This document shows positions 63,998-64,000 of a stretch of DNA of 64,000 nt, in pieces (position 1 is the stretch's first letter; each line of letters starts with the position of its first letter). The notes beneath the pieces were generated by a model. That model worked only from the letters and a program-made list of their open reading frames with translations, was not told where the DNA came from and made no database searches. Both the position numbers and the translations under genes were made by a program. Origin of the DNA: Solirubrobacterales bacterium (GTDB taxonomy: Bacteria > Actinomycetota > Thermoleophilia > Solirubrobacterales > JACPNS01); assembly GCA_051306435.1 (NCBI GenBank), contig JBPPNF010000047.1, positions 145 to 64,144 of the forward strand, given 5' to 3'.

Positions 63998-64000
63998 GTC

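Noticed and set aside
1-64000. tRNA, rRNA, tmRNA or mobile-element content, or a compositional island
   Set aside because: No cloverleaf-like or rRNA-like stretch is present. Every intergenic gap is under 330 nt. No transposase, integrase or recombinase ORF is present. I saw no obvious shift in composition or codon style, so I do not call any part horizontally acquired.

Overview
GC-rich, tightly packed chromosomal segment. I call 61 protein-coding genes. I found no rRNA or tRNA, no transposase or integrase, no CRISPR array and no prophage structural genes. The gene content looks like core metabolism of a high-GC Gram-positive organism (Actinomycetota-like, possibly Thermoleophilia or Rubrobacteria type); this placement is inference only.

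Gene order, left to right:
- amt-glnK, metH, and an RHH/PIN toxin-antitoxin pair
- O-methyltransferase, a lipoprotein, a malyl-CoA-lyase-like gene, LMW-PTP, fructosamine kinase, a VOC protein
- type III glutamine synthetase, two membrane proteins, hemQ, fprA
- an Fe-S module (A-type carrier, BolA, monothiol Grx), DegV, an AI-2E transporter
- a DUF3618/holin-X/DUF4235 trio
- a long minus-strand acyl-CoA cluster: CN-hydrolase, MerR, family III CoA-transferase, BKACE, carboxyltransferase, two crotonases
- dienelactone hydrolase and a lipoprotein
- two tandem paralogous GT-C-like membrane proteins of about 705 aa
- acyl-CoA dehydrogenase, SDR, MBL hydrolase
- plsC, glpK and a GT-A glycosyltransferase
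- a 70-aa biotin carrier, a crotonase and bioF-bioD-bioA
- Nudix, egtD-egtB, a secreted GH2, MBL hydrolase, a DUF4383-like protein, gabD, a secreted beta-helix protein, a VOC protein
- a NarL-type two-component system, a membrane protein, and two tandem MCPs

The most unusual signals are non-coding.
1. A 244-bp two-fold-symmetric element made of four 23-bp palindromic boxes sits in the gap between the carboxyltransferase and BKACE genes.
2. A different 21-bp palindrome occurs three times, each copy directly upstream of an acyl-CoA metabolism gene. This suggests a dedicated regulon.

Together with the atypical gene set (BKACE, CaiB-type CoA-transferase, an orphan carboxyltransferase, two crotonases, MerR), this is my best candidate for an undescribed pathway and regulatory system.

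All functional calls come from reading motifs in the translated ORFs. No database search was possible.
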